From the NCBI GenBank assembly GCA_041579355.1, contig JBFGFY010000001.1, positions 1 through 61,538 of the forward strand: a stretch of 61,538 bases of DNA, read 5' to 3'. The position numbers and the translations under genes were made by a program. The notes under the pieces were generated by a model, which saw only the letters and a program-made list of their open reading frames with translations, had not been told where the DNA came from and ran no database searches. Shown one piece after another: positions 18,091 to 27,526 of this stretch. The stretch comes from Longimicrobiales bacterium (GTDB lineage Bacteria > Gemmatimonadota > Gemmatimonadetes > Longimicrobiales > Gaopeijiaceae). Positions within the stretch are counted from its first letter, which is position 1; every line of letters starts with the position of its first letter.

Positions 18091-19383
18091 TCAGGCCCGG
18101 CCACCCCGCTCGGCCAGCAGGTCCATCACGGCCCGGTTGACCCAGCTCCGGTCGTGGAAGCGCTGGCCCCACCCGACCGGCGTGACGTCTCGGTATTCGT
18201 GCCACGTCTCGTCCTCGACGAACCGGAGCCGTTTCCGTAGAGACGCCCGCGCGTTCGGATCGGCGCCCGCGTCGAGGAGCCGGCGGGCCACGCCGGCGTC
18301 CCGCCGCAGCCCCACGCGGTAGGGCTGCGAAACGACGCAGCCGAAGAGCGCGGTGTGCCCGCCGAACCCGTCGGGGTCCACGGCCGCGGGTCGGTCCACC
18401 TCGGCTCCGTGGGCAAGCAGCCACTCGATCAGCTCCGTCTCGTCGTTGTCCACACAGAGGTGGAGGAGCGTGCCTCCGGCGAGCGGCGTGCCGTGCAGCG
18501 CCAAGGTCTCGTCCTCGTGGCACCCGAGCTCGGGCGGATAGACCTCGCGGTGGCTGAAGGTCCGGTTCACGAAGTCGGGGTCGCGCTCGAGGTGGCGCTC
18601 GAGCAGGTCGACGCGCCCGCGGTGGACCGCCATCGGCGGGGTGTCCGGGAGCGAGACGCCCAGCTCTGCGAAGATCTCCAGGCAGCGGTGCTTCCCTCGT
18701 GGGTTCCGGCTGTACGTCTCCAAGACGAGCGCGACCGGAGCCAACCGATCACCCTCCCCGTCCCCGAGTGGAACGCCCAGCTCGGCCAGCAGCTCCGCGC
18801 CCTCTCCCGACTGCGTCTCGGCGGGCCCCATCCAGGCATCGGGCGCGGGCGTAGCGCCCAACGCCAGGAGTCGGCGCGCGGTCGAGACCTCGCCCTGGAG
18901 GCAGGCGCGGTCGAACGCGTGCTGCAGGTCCCGCGCGCCGAGGTCTCGGAGCATCTGCACGATCCGTTCACGGCCGAGGTTCGCCGCGTACGACATCGGC
19001 GGCCCCCAGTTGCCCTCGACCCCGCGGGCATCCTCGTGCAACAGGTGCGGGTGGCGCACGACGTGCGCGCGGAGAGCGTCGGCGTCGTCCTCCCAGATCG
19101 CGCGGACGACCTCGCACGCGAGCTTCAGCCGGCGCCACTCGGGTAGGCCGTAGCTGCGGGCGAGAACGAGCTGGGCGTCGGCCAGCTTCGCTCTCGCCGG
19201 TTCGACACGCCTGGGGTGGTACCGGCGCAGCGCATCGAGGGCCGAGGCGTCTCCGGAGTGGATCGCCCTCAGGAGCTCCTTCGCCTGACGGCGGAGCTGG
19301 CCCAGGTCTGGGCGGACGGGAAGATGTAGGTCGGGCACGGTGAGCCTCCTTCGCATGGGCCCGCCGTCCGCCACTCGGGCCAC
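18091..19383 (-). CDS. ankyrin-repeat protein
   Basis: Ankyrin-like repeats (GGTLLHLCVDNDETELIEWLLAHGAEVD, GHTALFGCV..ARRLLDAGADPN). The start is uncertain (19383 or ATG 19356). Confidence 0.7.
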   Translation of the reverse strand: MARVADGGPMRRRLTVPDLHLPVRPDLGQLRRQAKELLRAIHSGDASALDALRRYHPRRVEPARAKLADAQLVLARSYGLPEWRRLKLACEVVRAIWEDDADALRAHVVRHPHLLHEDARGVEGNWGPPMSYAANLGRERIVQMLRDLGARDLQHAFDRACLQGEVSTARRLLALGATPAPDAWMGPAETQSGEGAELLAELGVPLGDGEGDRLAPVALVLETYSRNPRGKHRCLEIFAELGVSLPDTPPMAVHRGRVDLLERHLERDPDFVNRTFSHREVYPPELGCHEDETLALHGTPLAGGTLLHLCVDNDETELIEWLLAHGAEVDRPAAVDPDGFGGHTALFGCVVSQPYRVGLRRDAGVARRLLDAGADPNARASLRKRLRFVEDETWHEYRDVTPVGWGQRFHDRSWVNRAVMDLLAERGGRA

Positions 19384-19522
19384 GAAGAAGGGTCACGCGT
19401 CGACCACGTGGCTACGTCACTGCCTCAGGTGGACTCGGTCCTCTCCGCGGACGGGGGGCGCCCTGCGCGCCTGGCCACCAACGTAGGGAGGCCGTCGTGG
19501 GCGCGCGAGTCCGAGGTCGGCT

Positions 19523-20707
19523 CTAGAAGGCCGCGATCCCCGTGAGCGTCTGGCCGAGGACGAGCGAGTGGATGTCGTGCGTCCCCTCGTAGGTGTAGAC
19601 CGACTCGAGGTTGGCCATGTGCCGCATCGAGTGGTACTCGACGAGGATGCCGTTGCCGCCGAGCAGCCTGCGAGCCTCGCGCGCGACGTTCGTCGCCATG
19701 TCGACGTTGGCTCGCTTGGCGAGCGAGACCTGTTGCGGCGTCATCGTCCCTTCGTCCTTCATGCGACCGAGCCGATAGCAGAGGAGCTGCCCCTGCGTGA
19801 TCCCGGTGAGCATGTCGGCGAGGCGCACCTGCTGGATCTGCTTGCCCCCGATGGGTCCGCCGAACATCACGCGCTCCTTCGCGTAGGACAGCGCCTCGTG
19901 GAGGCACGCCATGGCCGCACCGACCGCGCCCCACGAGATCCCGTAGCGGGCCTGCGTGAGGCACATGAGCGGGTGCTTGAGCCCGCCGGTCGTCTCGGGG
20001 AGCAGGGCGTCCTTCGGTAGCTCGACGTCCTGGAGCACCAGCTCGCTCGTGTCCGAGGCGAGCAGGGAGAGCTTGCCCTTCTGGTCCTTCGCGCTGAAGC
20101 CCTTCGTGTCGGTCGGCACCAAGAAGCCGCGGATCCCCCTCACGTCTCCGAGCTCACCCGTCTGGGCCCAGATCACCGCGACGTCGGCCATGGAGCCGTT
20201 CGTGATCCACATCTTGGCCCCGTTCAGCAGCCACCCGTCGGACGTTTCCCTGGCCGTCGTGATCATACCGGCGGGGTTCGAGCCGTAGTCTGGCTCCGTC
20301 AGCCCGAAGCACCCGATCGCCTCACCGGACGCGAGCTTCGGCAGCCATGTCTTCTTCTGCTTCTCGCTGCCGAAGGCGTAGATCGGGTACATCACGAGCG
20401 CGCCCTGCACGGAGGCGAACGAGCGCACCCCGGAGTCGCCGCGCTCGAGCTCCTGCATGATGAGCCCGTACGCCACGTTGTTGAGGCCTGCACACCCGTA
20501 CTCCTCGGGTAGGTTCGCACCCAACACGCCGAGCTCGGCCAGCCCAGGGATCAGCTCCTTGGGGAAGCGCCGCCCGATGTACGCCTCGCCGATGACCGGC
20601 ATGAGCGTGTCCTCGACCCAGCTTCGGACCGTGTCTCGGACCATGCGCTCTTCCTCGGAGAGGAGCGCGTCGATGTCGTAGAAGTCGAAGCCTTCGAACC
20701 TGGCCAT
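19523..20707 (-). CDS. acyl-CoA dehydrogenase (glutaryl-CoA dehydrogenase-like)
   Basis: Track ORF trimmed to ATG 20707 (MARFEGFDFYDID..). Motifs GCFGLTEPDYGSNPAGM and YTYEGTHDIHSLVLG. Confidence 0.9.
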   Translation of the reverse strand: MARFEGFDFYDIDALLSEEERMVRDTVRSWVEDTLMPVIGEAYIGRRFPKELIPGLAELGVLGANLPEEYGCAGLNNVAYGLIMQELERGDSGVRSFASVQGALVMYPIYAFGSEKQKKTWLPKLASGEAIGCFGLTEPDYGSNPAGMITTARETSDGWLLNGAKMWITNGSMADVAVIWAQTGELGDVRGIRGFLVPTDTKGFSAKDQKGKLSLLASDTSELVLQDVELPKDALLPETTGGLKHPLMCLTQARYGISWGAVGAAMACLHEALSYAKERVMFGGPIGGKQIQQVRLADMLTGITQGQLLCYRLGRMKDEGTMTPQQVSLAKRANVDMATNVAREARRLLGGNGILVEYHSMRHMANLESVYTYEGTHDIHSLVLGQTLTGIAAF

Positions 20708-20882
20708 CGGTCGGGATGCCTCGTGAAGCGGGTGTCGTGCGGGCTGCAAAGGAGCCGAAGTGTAGCCGCTCGGGCGGCGATTGCCGATGCCCGGGGGCCC
20801 GAGGGGCCTTGCTTTGCGGGGCGCTTCCGTCGTGATTCGTGCGCTCTCTTCGGCTGGCACATCGATCGAACGGGAATTTGTG

Positions 20883-21353
20883 ATGAACTGGGACGCGCTG
20901 GGGGCGATCGGCGAGTTCGTGGGCGCCATCGCGGTCGTGATATCGGTGCTCTATCTGGCCTGGCAGGTGCGCGGCCAGGTACAAGAGTCGAAGCTAACGG
21001 CCATCCATGAGACCTCGGTCGGTTTCCGGGAAGGCATCGCCGCCACGTTCCTGGATCAGCAGCTCTCGGAGCTCTTCGTCAAGGCGAAGGACGGGCCTGA
21101 CGGCCTCACCGAGGCGGAGCGCCTCCAGTTCGTGGCGTTCGTGCAGCGGAACTATCGAGTTTGGGAGGACGCCTTCTACCAGCGACGACAGAAGCGCCTC
21201 GATGATCCGCACTGGCACTCGATGGAGCGGCAGTACTCGGCGCTGCTCTGGTGGCCGGGCGTGAAGTGGGTGTGGAGCATCCGCCGCGACTTCTACACGC
21301 CCGAGTTCGCCGAGTACGTCGACGCGCTCGAGCCCGGCCCGCACCCCTTCTAG
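20883..21353 (+). CDS. hypothetical protein with an N-terminal TM helix
   Basis: Track ORF trimmed to ATG 20883 (MNWDALGAIGEFVGAIAVVISVLYLAW), followed by a helical soluble domain. I recognise no family. Confidence 0.55.
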   Translation: MNWDALGAIGEFVGAIAVVISVLYLAWQVRGQVQESKLTAIHETSVGFREGIAATFLDQQLSELFVKAKDGPDGLTEAERLQFVAFVQRNYRVWEDAFYQRRQKRLDDPHWHSMERQYSALLWWPGVKWVWSIRRDFYTPEFAEYVDALEPGPHPF

Positions 21354-21385
21354 GCGCGCCGCCAGCGGCCTACCGGGGTGGCGGG

Positions 21386-21760
21386 CTAGGCAGGGTTCTC
21401 CGGGATGTCAGGGGGCACGGCGTCGACGGCGTGTGAGTTCCTGAAGCGCATGACGCCGTACGCGATCTCGCGCGCGACCTTGGAGCCGATCCAGACCGCG
21501 GCGATCACCGTCCCGACCCAACCTCCGATCACGAGATCGGTGGGCTGTATGAAGGTCCAGATGTAGAGCGCGACGACGGCGCCGAACCCCAGCCCCGCCA
21601 ACCAGCCCCACCAGCCCGCCCGGTTGCGGGCGCGCGCGCGACACTCCGCGCACCAGAGCAATCGGTCCAGCAGCATCTGGTCCTTCACCTCGAGGCACCG
21701 GATGCAGGTGACCTCGTCCGGGTATCGGTCGCGCCAGGTCGGTCGTTCCCGCCTCGCCAC
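21386..21760 (-). CDS. small zinc-ribbon (CxxC..CxxC) protein with two C-terminal TM helices
   Basis: The 267-aa track ORF overlaps the dehydrogenase gene, so it is trimmed to GTG 21760 just after that gene's stop, with GAGAGGG upstream. CIRC..CAEC, then two hydrophobic helices. Confidence 0.45.
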   Translation of the reverse strand: MARRERPTWRDRYPDEVTCIRCLEVKDQMLLDRLLWCAECRARARNRAGWWGWLAGLGFGAVVALYIWTFIQPTDLVIGGWVGTVIAAVWIGSKVAREIAYGVMRFRNSHAVDAVPPDIPENPA

Positions 21761-21777
21761 GGCGCCCGGTACCCTCT

Positions 21778-22791
21778 CTAGCCGAGCGCTCCAACGAGCG
21801 CGTCGGTGAATTCGCGCGTGTTTGCGCGCCCGCCCATGTCCGCGGTGCGCGCACGCCCCTCGAGGACCACCGCGTCGAGCGCCGCACGGATGCGGCCCGC
21901 CACCTCCGGCTGGCCGATGTGGTCGAGCATGAGACAGGCGGAGAGGAGGAGGGCGGTCGGATTCGCGATCCCCTTCCCCGCGATGTCGGGCGCAGATCCG
22001 TGGACGGCCTCGAACATCGCTGCGTCCTTGCCGATGTTGCCCGCCGGGGCGAAACCGAGCCCACCCACGAGGCCGGCCATCAGGTCGGAGAGGATGTCGC
22101 CGAACATGTTCTCCATGACGAGGACGTCGAAGCGATATGGATCGAGCACCAGCTGCATCGCGGTCGCGTCGATGATCCGGTCCTCCCACTCGATGTCCGG
22201 GAAGCCCTGGGCGACCTCCTTGGCGACGTCGAGGAAGAGCCCCTGCGTGTACTTGAGGATGTTCGCCTTGTGCGCGAGGGTCACCTTCTTGCGGCCCCGT
22301 TCGCGCGCGTACTCGAACGCGTAGCGCACGATTCTCTCGGCGCCGAAGCGCGTGACGATCATCACGGACTCGGCCGCCGCGCGAGGATCGCCGTGCATGC
22401 CGATGTAGTGCTCGACGCCGACGTAGAGCCCTTCCGTGTTCTCGCGTATGAGCACGAGATCGATGTCATCGTAGCGCCCACCCGGGACGATGGTGCGCAC
22501 AGGTCGAACGTTGGCGTAGAGATCGTACGTCTTCCGGATCTCCACGTTGATGGAGCGGAAGCCCGATCCGGACGGAGTCGTGAGCGGCCCCTTGAGCACG
22601 ATCCGGTTCTGCTCGACCGAGTCGAGCGTGGTCTTCGGGAGCGGGTTGCGCAGCTCCTTGAGGGCCGCGAGGCCGGCGAGCTGCTCGTCGTACTCCAGGT
22701 CGGCCCCCGCGGCGTTCAGCACCTCGAGCGTCGCGGTCGTGACCTCCGGCCCGATCCCGTCCCCGGGAATCACGGTGATGGTGCGCGCCAT
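21778..22791 (-). CDS. isocitrate/isopropylmalate dehydrogenase family enzyme (NAD-dependent isocitrate dehydrogenase-like, about 337 aa)
   Basis: Motifs TVIPGDGIGPEV, LIRENTEGLY and HGSAPDIAGKGIANPTA. Substrate specificity cannot be fixed from sequence alone. Confidence 0.85.
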   Translation of the reverse strand: MARTITVIPGDGIGPEVTTATLEVLNAAGADLEYDEQLAGLAALKELRNPLPKTTLDSVEQNRIVLKGPLTTPSGSGFRSINVEIRKTYDLYANVRPVRTIVPGGRYDDIDLVLIRENTEGLYVGVEHYIGMHGDPRAAAESVMIVTRFGAERIVRYAFEYARERGRKKVTLAHKANILKYTQGLFLDVAKEVAQGFPDIEWEDRIIDATAMQLVLDPYRFDVLVMENMFGDILSDLMAGLVGGLGFAPAGNIGKDAAMFEAVHGSAPDIAGKGIANPTALLLSACLMLDHIGQPEVAGRIRAALDAVVLEGRARTADMGGRANTREFTDALVGALG

Positions 22792-22792
22792 G

Positions 22793-23323
22793 TCAGCGGG
22801 CGCCCGTGTAGCGGGGATCGTACTCGAACTGAGTGTGCTCCTCTCCCCAGCGGATCAGGTCCTCGAGGAGCGAGGGGCGCTCGGTCCCGTCGCGACGCGC
22901 CTGGCCGGAGATGTTGAGGGCGCGTCGCCAGAGCACCCCCGAGAGCTCGTCCCGGGAGAGCGTAGCGCGCGCGACAGGCGTGCCCCCCGCCGTCCGAGTG
23001 GCGACCCTCACCCCGGCGAGACCTGGAAAGTCCGTGAAGAGCCGGTGGGTCTCCTCGGAGAAGAGGTAGATGTAAGGCCCCACCTTCGCCCACAGCGAGC
23101 CGCCCCGACGCAGCTGCGTCGCCGACTGCACGACCGTCACGACCGCCAGGTTGCCCCGCATCTCGGCCTCGAGGTCGGTCTCCGTGGAGTAGTAGGCCTC
23201 CACCTCCTCGGCGGTTGGGAGCGTGAGCTGAGGTTGCTCGATGCAGGCCGAGGCCACGAGCGCCACCAGAAGCCCCGGCCCGAGGGCCCAGCTCCGCCTT
23301 CCAATCACGTCACCCGCGAGCAC
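22793..23323 (-). CDS. hypothetical lipoprotein
   Basis: GTG start. Signal peptide with lipobox (LLVALVASAC). No recognised domain. Confidence 0.5.
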   Translation of the reverse strand: MLAGDVIGRRSWALGPGLLVALVASACIEQPQLTLPTAEEVEAYYSTETDLEAEMRGNLAVVTVVQSATQLRRGGSLWAKVGPYIYLFSEETHRLFTDFPGLAGVRVATRTAGGTPVARATLSRDELSGVLWRRALNISGQARRDGTERPSLLEDLIRWGEEHTQFEYDPRYTGAR

Positions 23324-23344
23324 GATCGACTCCTTTCAGCCTGG

Positions 23345-23950
23345 TCAGCCCTGGACGTACCAGAGCAGCGTCCTCGACAACTCGTCCACCGCGGAAGCGA
23401 GCGCGCGCGGGTCCCCACGCGGGAAGCTCTCGCCCTCGAGGACGGAGAACCACATGACATACCCGGTGCGCACCTCGATGAGCGCCGTCCAGATGCGCAC
23501 TTTCGGATCCGCCCCGGGCTGGGCCGCCAAGGCGGACTGCACGGGTAGCAGAACGGCGTCGGCGTTCACGAGCGAGGACATCCGGCGCAGCTCGCCGTAG
23601 AGCGGGTCGCCCACCCGGTCGACCTCCGCCATGAGGAACTGGCCAACCTGGAGTCCGCGCGTGCTGGCCTGCACCGCCGGTGATCGAGCGAGCACCGCTT
23701 CCACCTCGGCCGGCAGCACCCAGGTCACGCCGGAGCCGCGGTCGCGCAGCCCGAACGCCAACTCCGCGTCCGGGTCACCCGGCACGCCGAGGTTCTGTTG
23801 CACCGGCAAGAGGAGCACGCGTCGGCCCCGCAGATCGGGAGCGAAGCCGCGGACGGTGCCCGGCTCCGGCGGGGCGGCCGACCGTGACGCGCACGCGGTG
23901 GCGCCCACGATGAGCAGGAGGGGCAACCAGTTGCTGAAAACGCGCCTCAC
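23345..23950 (-). CDS. hypothetical lipoprotein
   Basis: Track ORF trimmed to GTG 23950, which overlaps the msrB stop (GTGA). Signal peptide plus lipobox ([12 protein letters not shown]). Confidence 0.55.
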   Translation of the reverse strand: MRRVFSNWLPLLLIVGATACASRSAAPPEPGTVRGFAPDLRGRRVLLLPVQQNLGVPGDPDAELAFGLRDRGSGVTWVLPAEVEAVLARSPAVQASTRGLQVGQFLMAEVDRVGDPLYGELRRMSSLVNADAVLLPVQSALAAQPGADPKVRIWTALIEVRTGYVMWFSVLEGESFPRGDPRALASAVDELSRTLLWYVQG

Positions 23951-24354
23951 CCCTGCTCGTCCTCGGGCTCGAGCTCCAGCGCGCAGGAGTTGATGCAGTA
24001 GCGAAGCCCGGTGGGGTTCGGGCCGTCCGGGAAGACGTGACCCAGATGGCCGCCGCAAGCCGAGCACAGGACCTCGGTGCGCGTCATGAAGTGGCTGCGG
24101 TCCGTCTCCTCCTGGATGGCGCCGTCGTCCATCGGCTCGTAGAAGGAGGGCCAACCGCTACCGGAGTCGTACTTCGTATCGGACGAGAAGAGCGGCGTGC
24201 CGCAGCCCTTGCAGCGGTACACACCCTTCGTCTTCTCGTCGTGGTACTCCCCGGTGAAGGGCCGCTCGGTCCCCTTCTCGCGAAGGACGCGGTACGCCTC
24301 CTCGCCGAGCTGCTCCCGCCACTCCTCCTCGGTTTTCAGGACTCGCTCCGTCAC
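23947..24354 (-). CDS. msrB: peptide-methionine (R)-S-oxide reductase
   Basis: Two CxxC pairs (CKGCG, CSACG), plus GWPSF and RYCINS motifs. Start set to GTG 24354, preceded by GGAGGAG. The ATG at 24450 would add 32 non-conserved residues. Confidence 0.9.
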   Translation of the reverse strand: MTERVLKTEEEWREQLGEEAYRVLREKGTERPFTGEYHDEKTKGVYRCKGCGTPLFSSDTKYDSGSGWPSFYEPMDDGAIQEETDRSHFMTRTEVLCSACGGHLGHVFPDGPNPTGLRYCINSCALELEPEDEQG

Positions 24355-24448
24355 GCTCTCCTCCGGTTTCGCGCCTGCGCGGCGTGTCCAACCCCGCCGT
24401 GGGCCCCGGGGTCCCCGAATCCTCCCGCGGATTGACGGGGCTGCCGGC

Positions 24449-24462
24449 ATGTAGTACTACAT
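24449..24462. promoter_or_regulatory. perfect 14-bp palindrome, candidate PadR operator
   Basis: ATGTAGTACTACAT (ATGT-N6-ACAT) sits in an AT-rich patch between divergent msrB and padR. It is immediately downstream of a TTGACG -35-like hexamer (24432-24437). Confidence 0.55.
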
Positions 24463-24513
24463 ATCTTACACTTCTATATAGCTCCCGCCCACCCGGTGAA
24501 CGGAGTCGACGCC

Positions 24514-24828
24514 ATGCCTCGTGCGCTCGGGATCACGTCCCTGAAGATCCTCGCAGCCCTGCGCGCGCAGAGTCGATACGGGCTCGACCTCGTGGCGAGC
24601 ACGGGACTGCCGTCGGGCACCGTCTATCCCACGCTCGGTCGCCTCAAGCGCAGCGGCCTTGTCACGGCTCGTTGGGAGGACCAACGCGTGGCCGAGCGCG
24701 AGGGCCGACCCCGCCGGCGCTACTACGAGCTCACGGGCGACGGAGCCCGGGCTCTCGCCGAGGGAGCGTCGCGGCTGGCAAGCCTCGCGGCGGAGCTCGA
24801 CGCCGAGCCTGTCGGCCGCCCGGGATGA
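24514..24828 (+). CDS. PadR-family transcriptional regulator
   Basis: Winged-helix signature (YGLDL..GTVYPTLGRLKRSGLV..RRYYELTGDG). ATG 24514 (alternative GTG 24496). Stop overlaps the next start (ATGA). Confidence 0.85.
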   Translation: MPRALGITSLKILAALRAQSRYGLDLVASTGLPSGTVYPTLGRLKRSGLVTARWEDQRVAEREGRPRRRYYELTGDGARALAEGASRLASLAAELDAEPVGRPG

Positions 24829-27446
24829 GCAGGCGGCTGGCGACGTGGCTCGTGCGCTCGGCCGCCTGGTTGGTGCCCGGCGACCGGAGGAGCGAGTGGC
24901 TGGAGGAGTGGGAGGCCGAGATGGACGCCCTCCGGCGAGCCCGCTCCGAGCGCCCCGCCGCTGGTCTGCCGGGGCCGCTCGAGTTCGCGGCCGGTGCGTG
25001 GCCGCATGCATTCTGGATTCGGATGGAGGGGTGGACTGTGGACGGGATCCTGGACGACCTGCGCTTCTCGACGCGTCTGCTGCGCCGCGCGCCGGGCTTC
25101 ACGCTGGTGGCGGCACTCACGCTCGCGCTCGGCATCGGTGCCAACGCATCGATCTTCTCGCTCGTGAACGGGGTGCTGCTCCGCCCTCCCGGTGGGATTC
25201 AGGAGCCTGAGCGACTCGTCCAGATCGCGCGTTCGTACGAGTCCGCGCCACGCTGGGACAACTTCTCCTGGCCCGCCCTGCGGCTGATCCGGGCCGAGGC
25301 CCGCACGCTGTCCGGGGTCGCAGGATACTCGGACGGCATCTTCGTGATCGGCCGCGGCGCGGATACGGAGCAGGTGCTGGGACAGGCCGCCACCGGAGAC
25401 TACTTCGACGTGCTCGGCGTCCGCCCGCACGTCGGCAGGCTGTTCCGCCCCACGGACGACGTGGAGCCGGGCGCACACCGCGTCGTGGTCCTGAGCCACG
25501 CGCTCTGGATGCGCCGCTACGGAGGCGATCCCGCCGTGGTCGGCCGCGCGGTGCCGGTGGGAGCCGAGGCGTACGAGGTGATCGGAGTGGCGCCGCCCGG
25601 CTTCGCGGGCGCACGCAACGTGGGCTCGCCGCCGCTGCTTTGGGTGCCCACCATGCAGCGCGGGACGTTTCGGGGCATGCCGCTCTATGAAGAGTGGGGC
25701 TCCAGTTGGGTCTTCCTCGTCGGTCGCCTCGCGGAGGGCGTCTCCTTCGCGGAGGCGGAGGCGTCGATGCGTGTCGTGTCCGAGCGCCTCCGCCAAGCCG
25801 ATCCGGTCAACGCGGACATGCTCGTGCTGCTGGAGCAGGGGGTCGGGCTCGACCCCTCGGAGCGGCGGCAGGCCGAGCAGCTCTCGCTGATCCTGCTGCT
25901 CATCGTGGGTCTCGTTCTCCTCCTCGCCTGCACGAACGTGGCGAATCTCTCGCTCGCCCGTGCCACGGCTCGGCGCGCCGAGGTCGGCGTCCGGTTCGCG
26001 CTCGGGGCCGGACGCTCGCGCGTCGCCCGCCAGCTCGTCGTCGAGAGTGCCCTCCTCGCCGCCCTGGCCACCACGTTCGCGGTTCCCATCGTCTTGCTGG
26101 CGGACGACTTCTTGCCTGTCCTCTTTCCCTACGCCGTAACGGTCTCACTCGGAGCCGACGCGCGAGTCTTCGTGTTCCTCGTCGCGGTGGGCGGGCTCGC
26201 AGGGCTGCTCTTCGCGCTCGCACCCGCGTGGACGCTCAGCCGGCAGGCGGCGATCGACTCCCTGCGCGGCGGTGCGACCACCCCGGGCCGCGTGCGCACG
26301 CGCCTTCGGGACGGTCTCGTCGTGGCGCAGCTCGGGCTTTCCCTCGGGCTGGTGGCCGCGGCCATGCTGCTGGGACGCAGCGTCTCGAACGCAGCCACCG
26401 CCGATCCCGGCTTCGATCCGAGTAGCCTCACCGCCGCCTTCGTGGACCTGCAGTCCACCGGACGGTACGACGAGGTCTCCGGGCGTCGCCTCGCGAGTGA
26501 GTTGGCCCGCGCCGCGGCGGCAATGCCGAGCGTTCGCTCTGCCACGCTGGCGAACCAGACCCCGCTCGTGGGCGGCCACTCGCGTGCGACGGTCCGTCCG
26601 GAGGGGCGCGACGACGTGGAGTTCGAGGCCGAGTACAACGTGGTCGGCCCGCGCTATTTCGAGACGATGGGCATCGACATCGTGCGCGGACGGCCGCTCG
26701 GCGGGCTGGACGACGAGCCCGAGGCGGTGGTAGTGGTGAACGAGGCTCTCGCGCGGATGTTCTGGCCGGGAGAGGACCCCGTCGGGAAGCGCCTGGCGGG
26801 CGACCCGGAGTGGCTCGTGGTCGGCGTCGCCGGCGACGTGCAGATGCGATCGCTCCGAGCCCCACCCAACCCAGGGGTCTACTACCCTCTCTCCCAGGCG
26901 TACTCGTCACGGATGGTCCTGCACCTCGCCGCCGAGCCTGGCAGGAGACCCACGGCGGCGGAGATCCGCGGGACCGTGGCCACGCTCGACCCCGAGCTCC
27001 CGGTCAGCACGGTCGTCGACCTCGAGTCCGCGCTCACATCTTCGATGGCGGAGACGCGCACCATCGGCTACTTGGTGGGCGCCTTCGCCCTGCTCGCGCT
27101 CACCCTGGCGGTGGTCGGCCTCTACGGACTCGTTTCCTACGGAGCGGCGCAACGGGTACGCGAGATCGGCATCCGGTTGGCGCTCGGCGCGGAGCCCCGC
27201 TCGCTCGTGCACCTCGTGCTCGCGCGTGGAGTCGCGATCTCGCTCCTGGGTGTCGTGCTGGGCCTCGGCGTCGCCTACGCGCTCGGACGAGCGCTCCGTT
27301 CGCTCCTCTTCCGGGTAGAGCCGACGGACGGGCTCGCGCTCGCGGGCGCGGCGCTGCTCCTCATGGCCACGGCGACCCTGGGCGCCTGGCTTCCGGCCCG
27401 CAGGGCGGGACAGGTCGATCCGACCCGCTCACTGCGCGAGTCGTAG
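24825..27446 (+). CDS. duplicated FtsX/MacB-type ABC permease (ADOP, duplicated orphan permease family)
   Basis: Track ORF 24384-27446 trimmed to ATG 24825. N-terminal cytoplasmic helix (WLEEWEAEMDAL), then two MacB-periplasmic-plus-FtsX 4-TM halves. No ATPase gene is adjacent. Confidence 0.85.
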   Translation: MSRRLATWLVRSAAWLVPGDRRSEWLEEWEAEMDALRRARSERPAAGLPGPLEFAAGAWPHAFWIRMEGWTVDGILDDLRFSTRLLRRAPGFTLVAALTLALGIGANASIFSLVNGVLLRPPGGIQEPERLVQIARSYESAPRWDNFSWPALRLIRAEARTLSGVAGYSDGIFVIGRGADTEQVLGQAATGDYFDVLGVRPHVGRLFRPTDDVEPGAHRVVVLSHALWMRRYGGDPAVVGRAVPVGAEAYEVIGVAPPGFAGARNVGSPPLLWVPTMQRGTFRGMPLYEEWGSSWVFLVGRLAEGVSFAEAEASMRVVSERLRQADPVNADMLVLLEQGVGLDPSERRQAEQLSLILLLIVGLVLLLACTNVANLSLARATARRAEVGVRFALGAGRSRVARQLVVESALLAALATTFAVPIVLLADDFLPVLFPYAVTVSLGADARVFVFLVAVGGLAGLLFALAPAWTLSRQAAIDSLRGGATTPGRVRTRLRDGLVVAQLGLSLGLVAAAMLLGRSVSNAATADPGFDPSSLTAAFVDLQSTGRYDEVSGRRLASELARAAAAMPSVRSATLANQTPLVGGHSRATVRPEGRDDVEFEAEYNVVGPRYFETMGIDIVRGRPLGGLDDEPEAVVVVNEALARMFWPGEDPVGKRLAGDPEWLVVGVAGDVQMRSLRAPPNPGVYYPLSQAYSSRMVLHLAAEPGRRPTAAEIRGTVATLDPELPVSTVVDLESALTSSMAETRTIGYLVGAFALLALTLAVVGLYGLVSYGAAQRVREIGIRLALGAEPRSLVHLVLARGVAISLLGVVLGLGVAYALGRALRSLLFRVEPTDGLALAGAALLLMATATLGAWLPARRAGQVDPTRSLRES

Positions 27447-27526
27447 CAGCCGCGGACGGGCGGCATTGACAGTGGGGGAGGCGGCGCCCCGATTGGGCGT
27501 CCTTCCCCTACGCCTGGAGCGAGGCG

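Noticed and set aside
20855-20869. Sigma-54-like TGGCACATCGATCGA upstream of the hypothetical gene at 20883.
   Set aside because: The -12 position reads TCGA, so there is no GC dinucleotide. The predicted start would coincide with the ATG.
24384-24824. N-terminal 147-aa extension of the permease ORF, with similar 5' extensions of many other track ORFs (e.g. 3113, 9242, 14753-16210, 19523-20929, 37738-39306, 49026-50270, 58204-59190).
   Set aside because: The extensions overlap upstream genes or divergent promoters and encode Arg/Pro-rich non-conserved sequence. Clean internal starts also exist, with an RBS, a signal peptide or a 4-nt stop/start overlap, at the point where family similarity begins.
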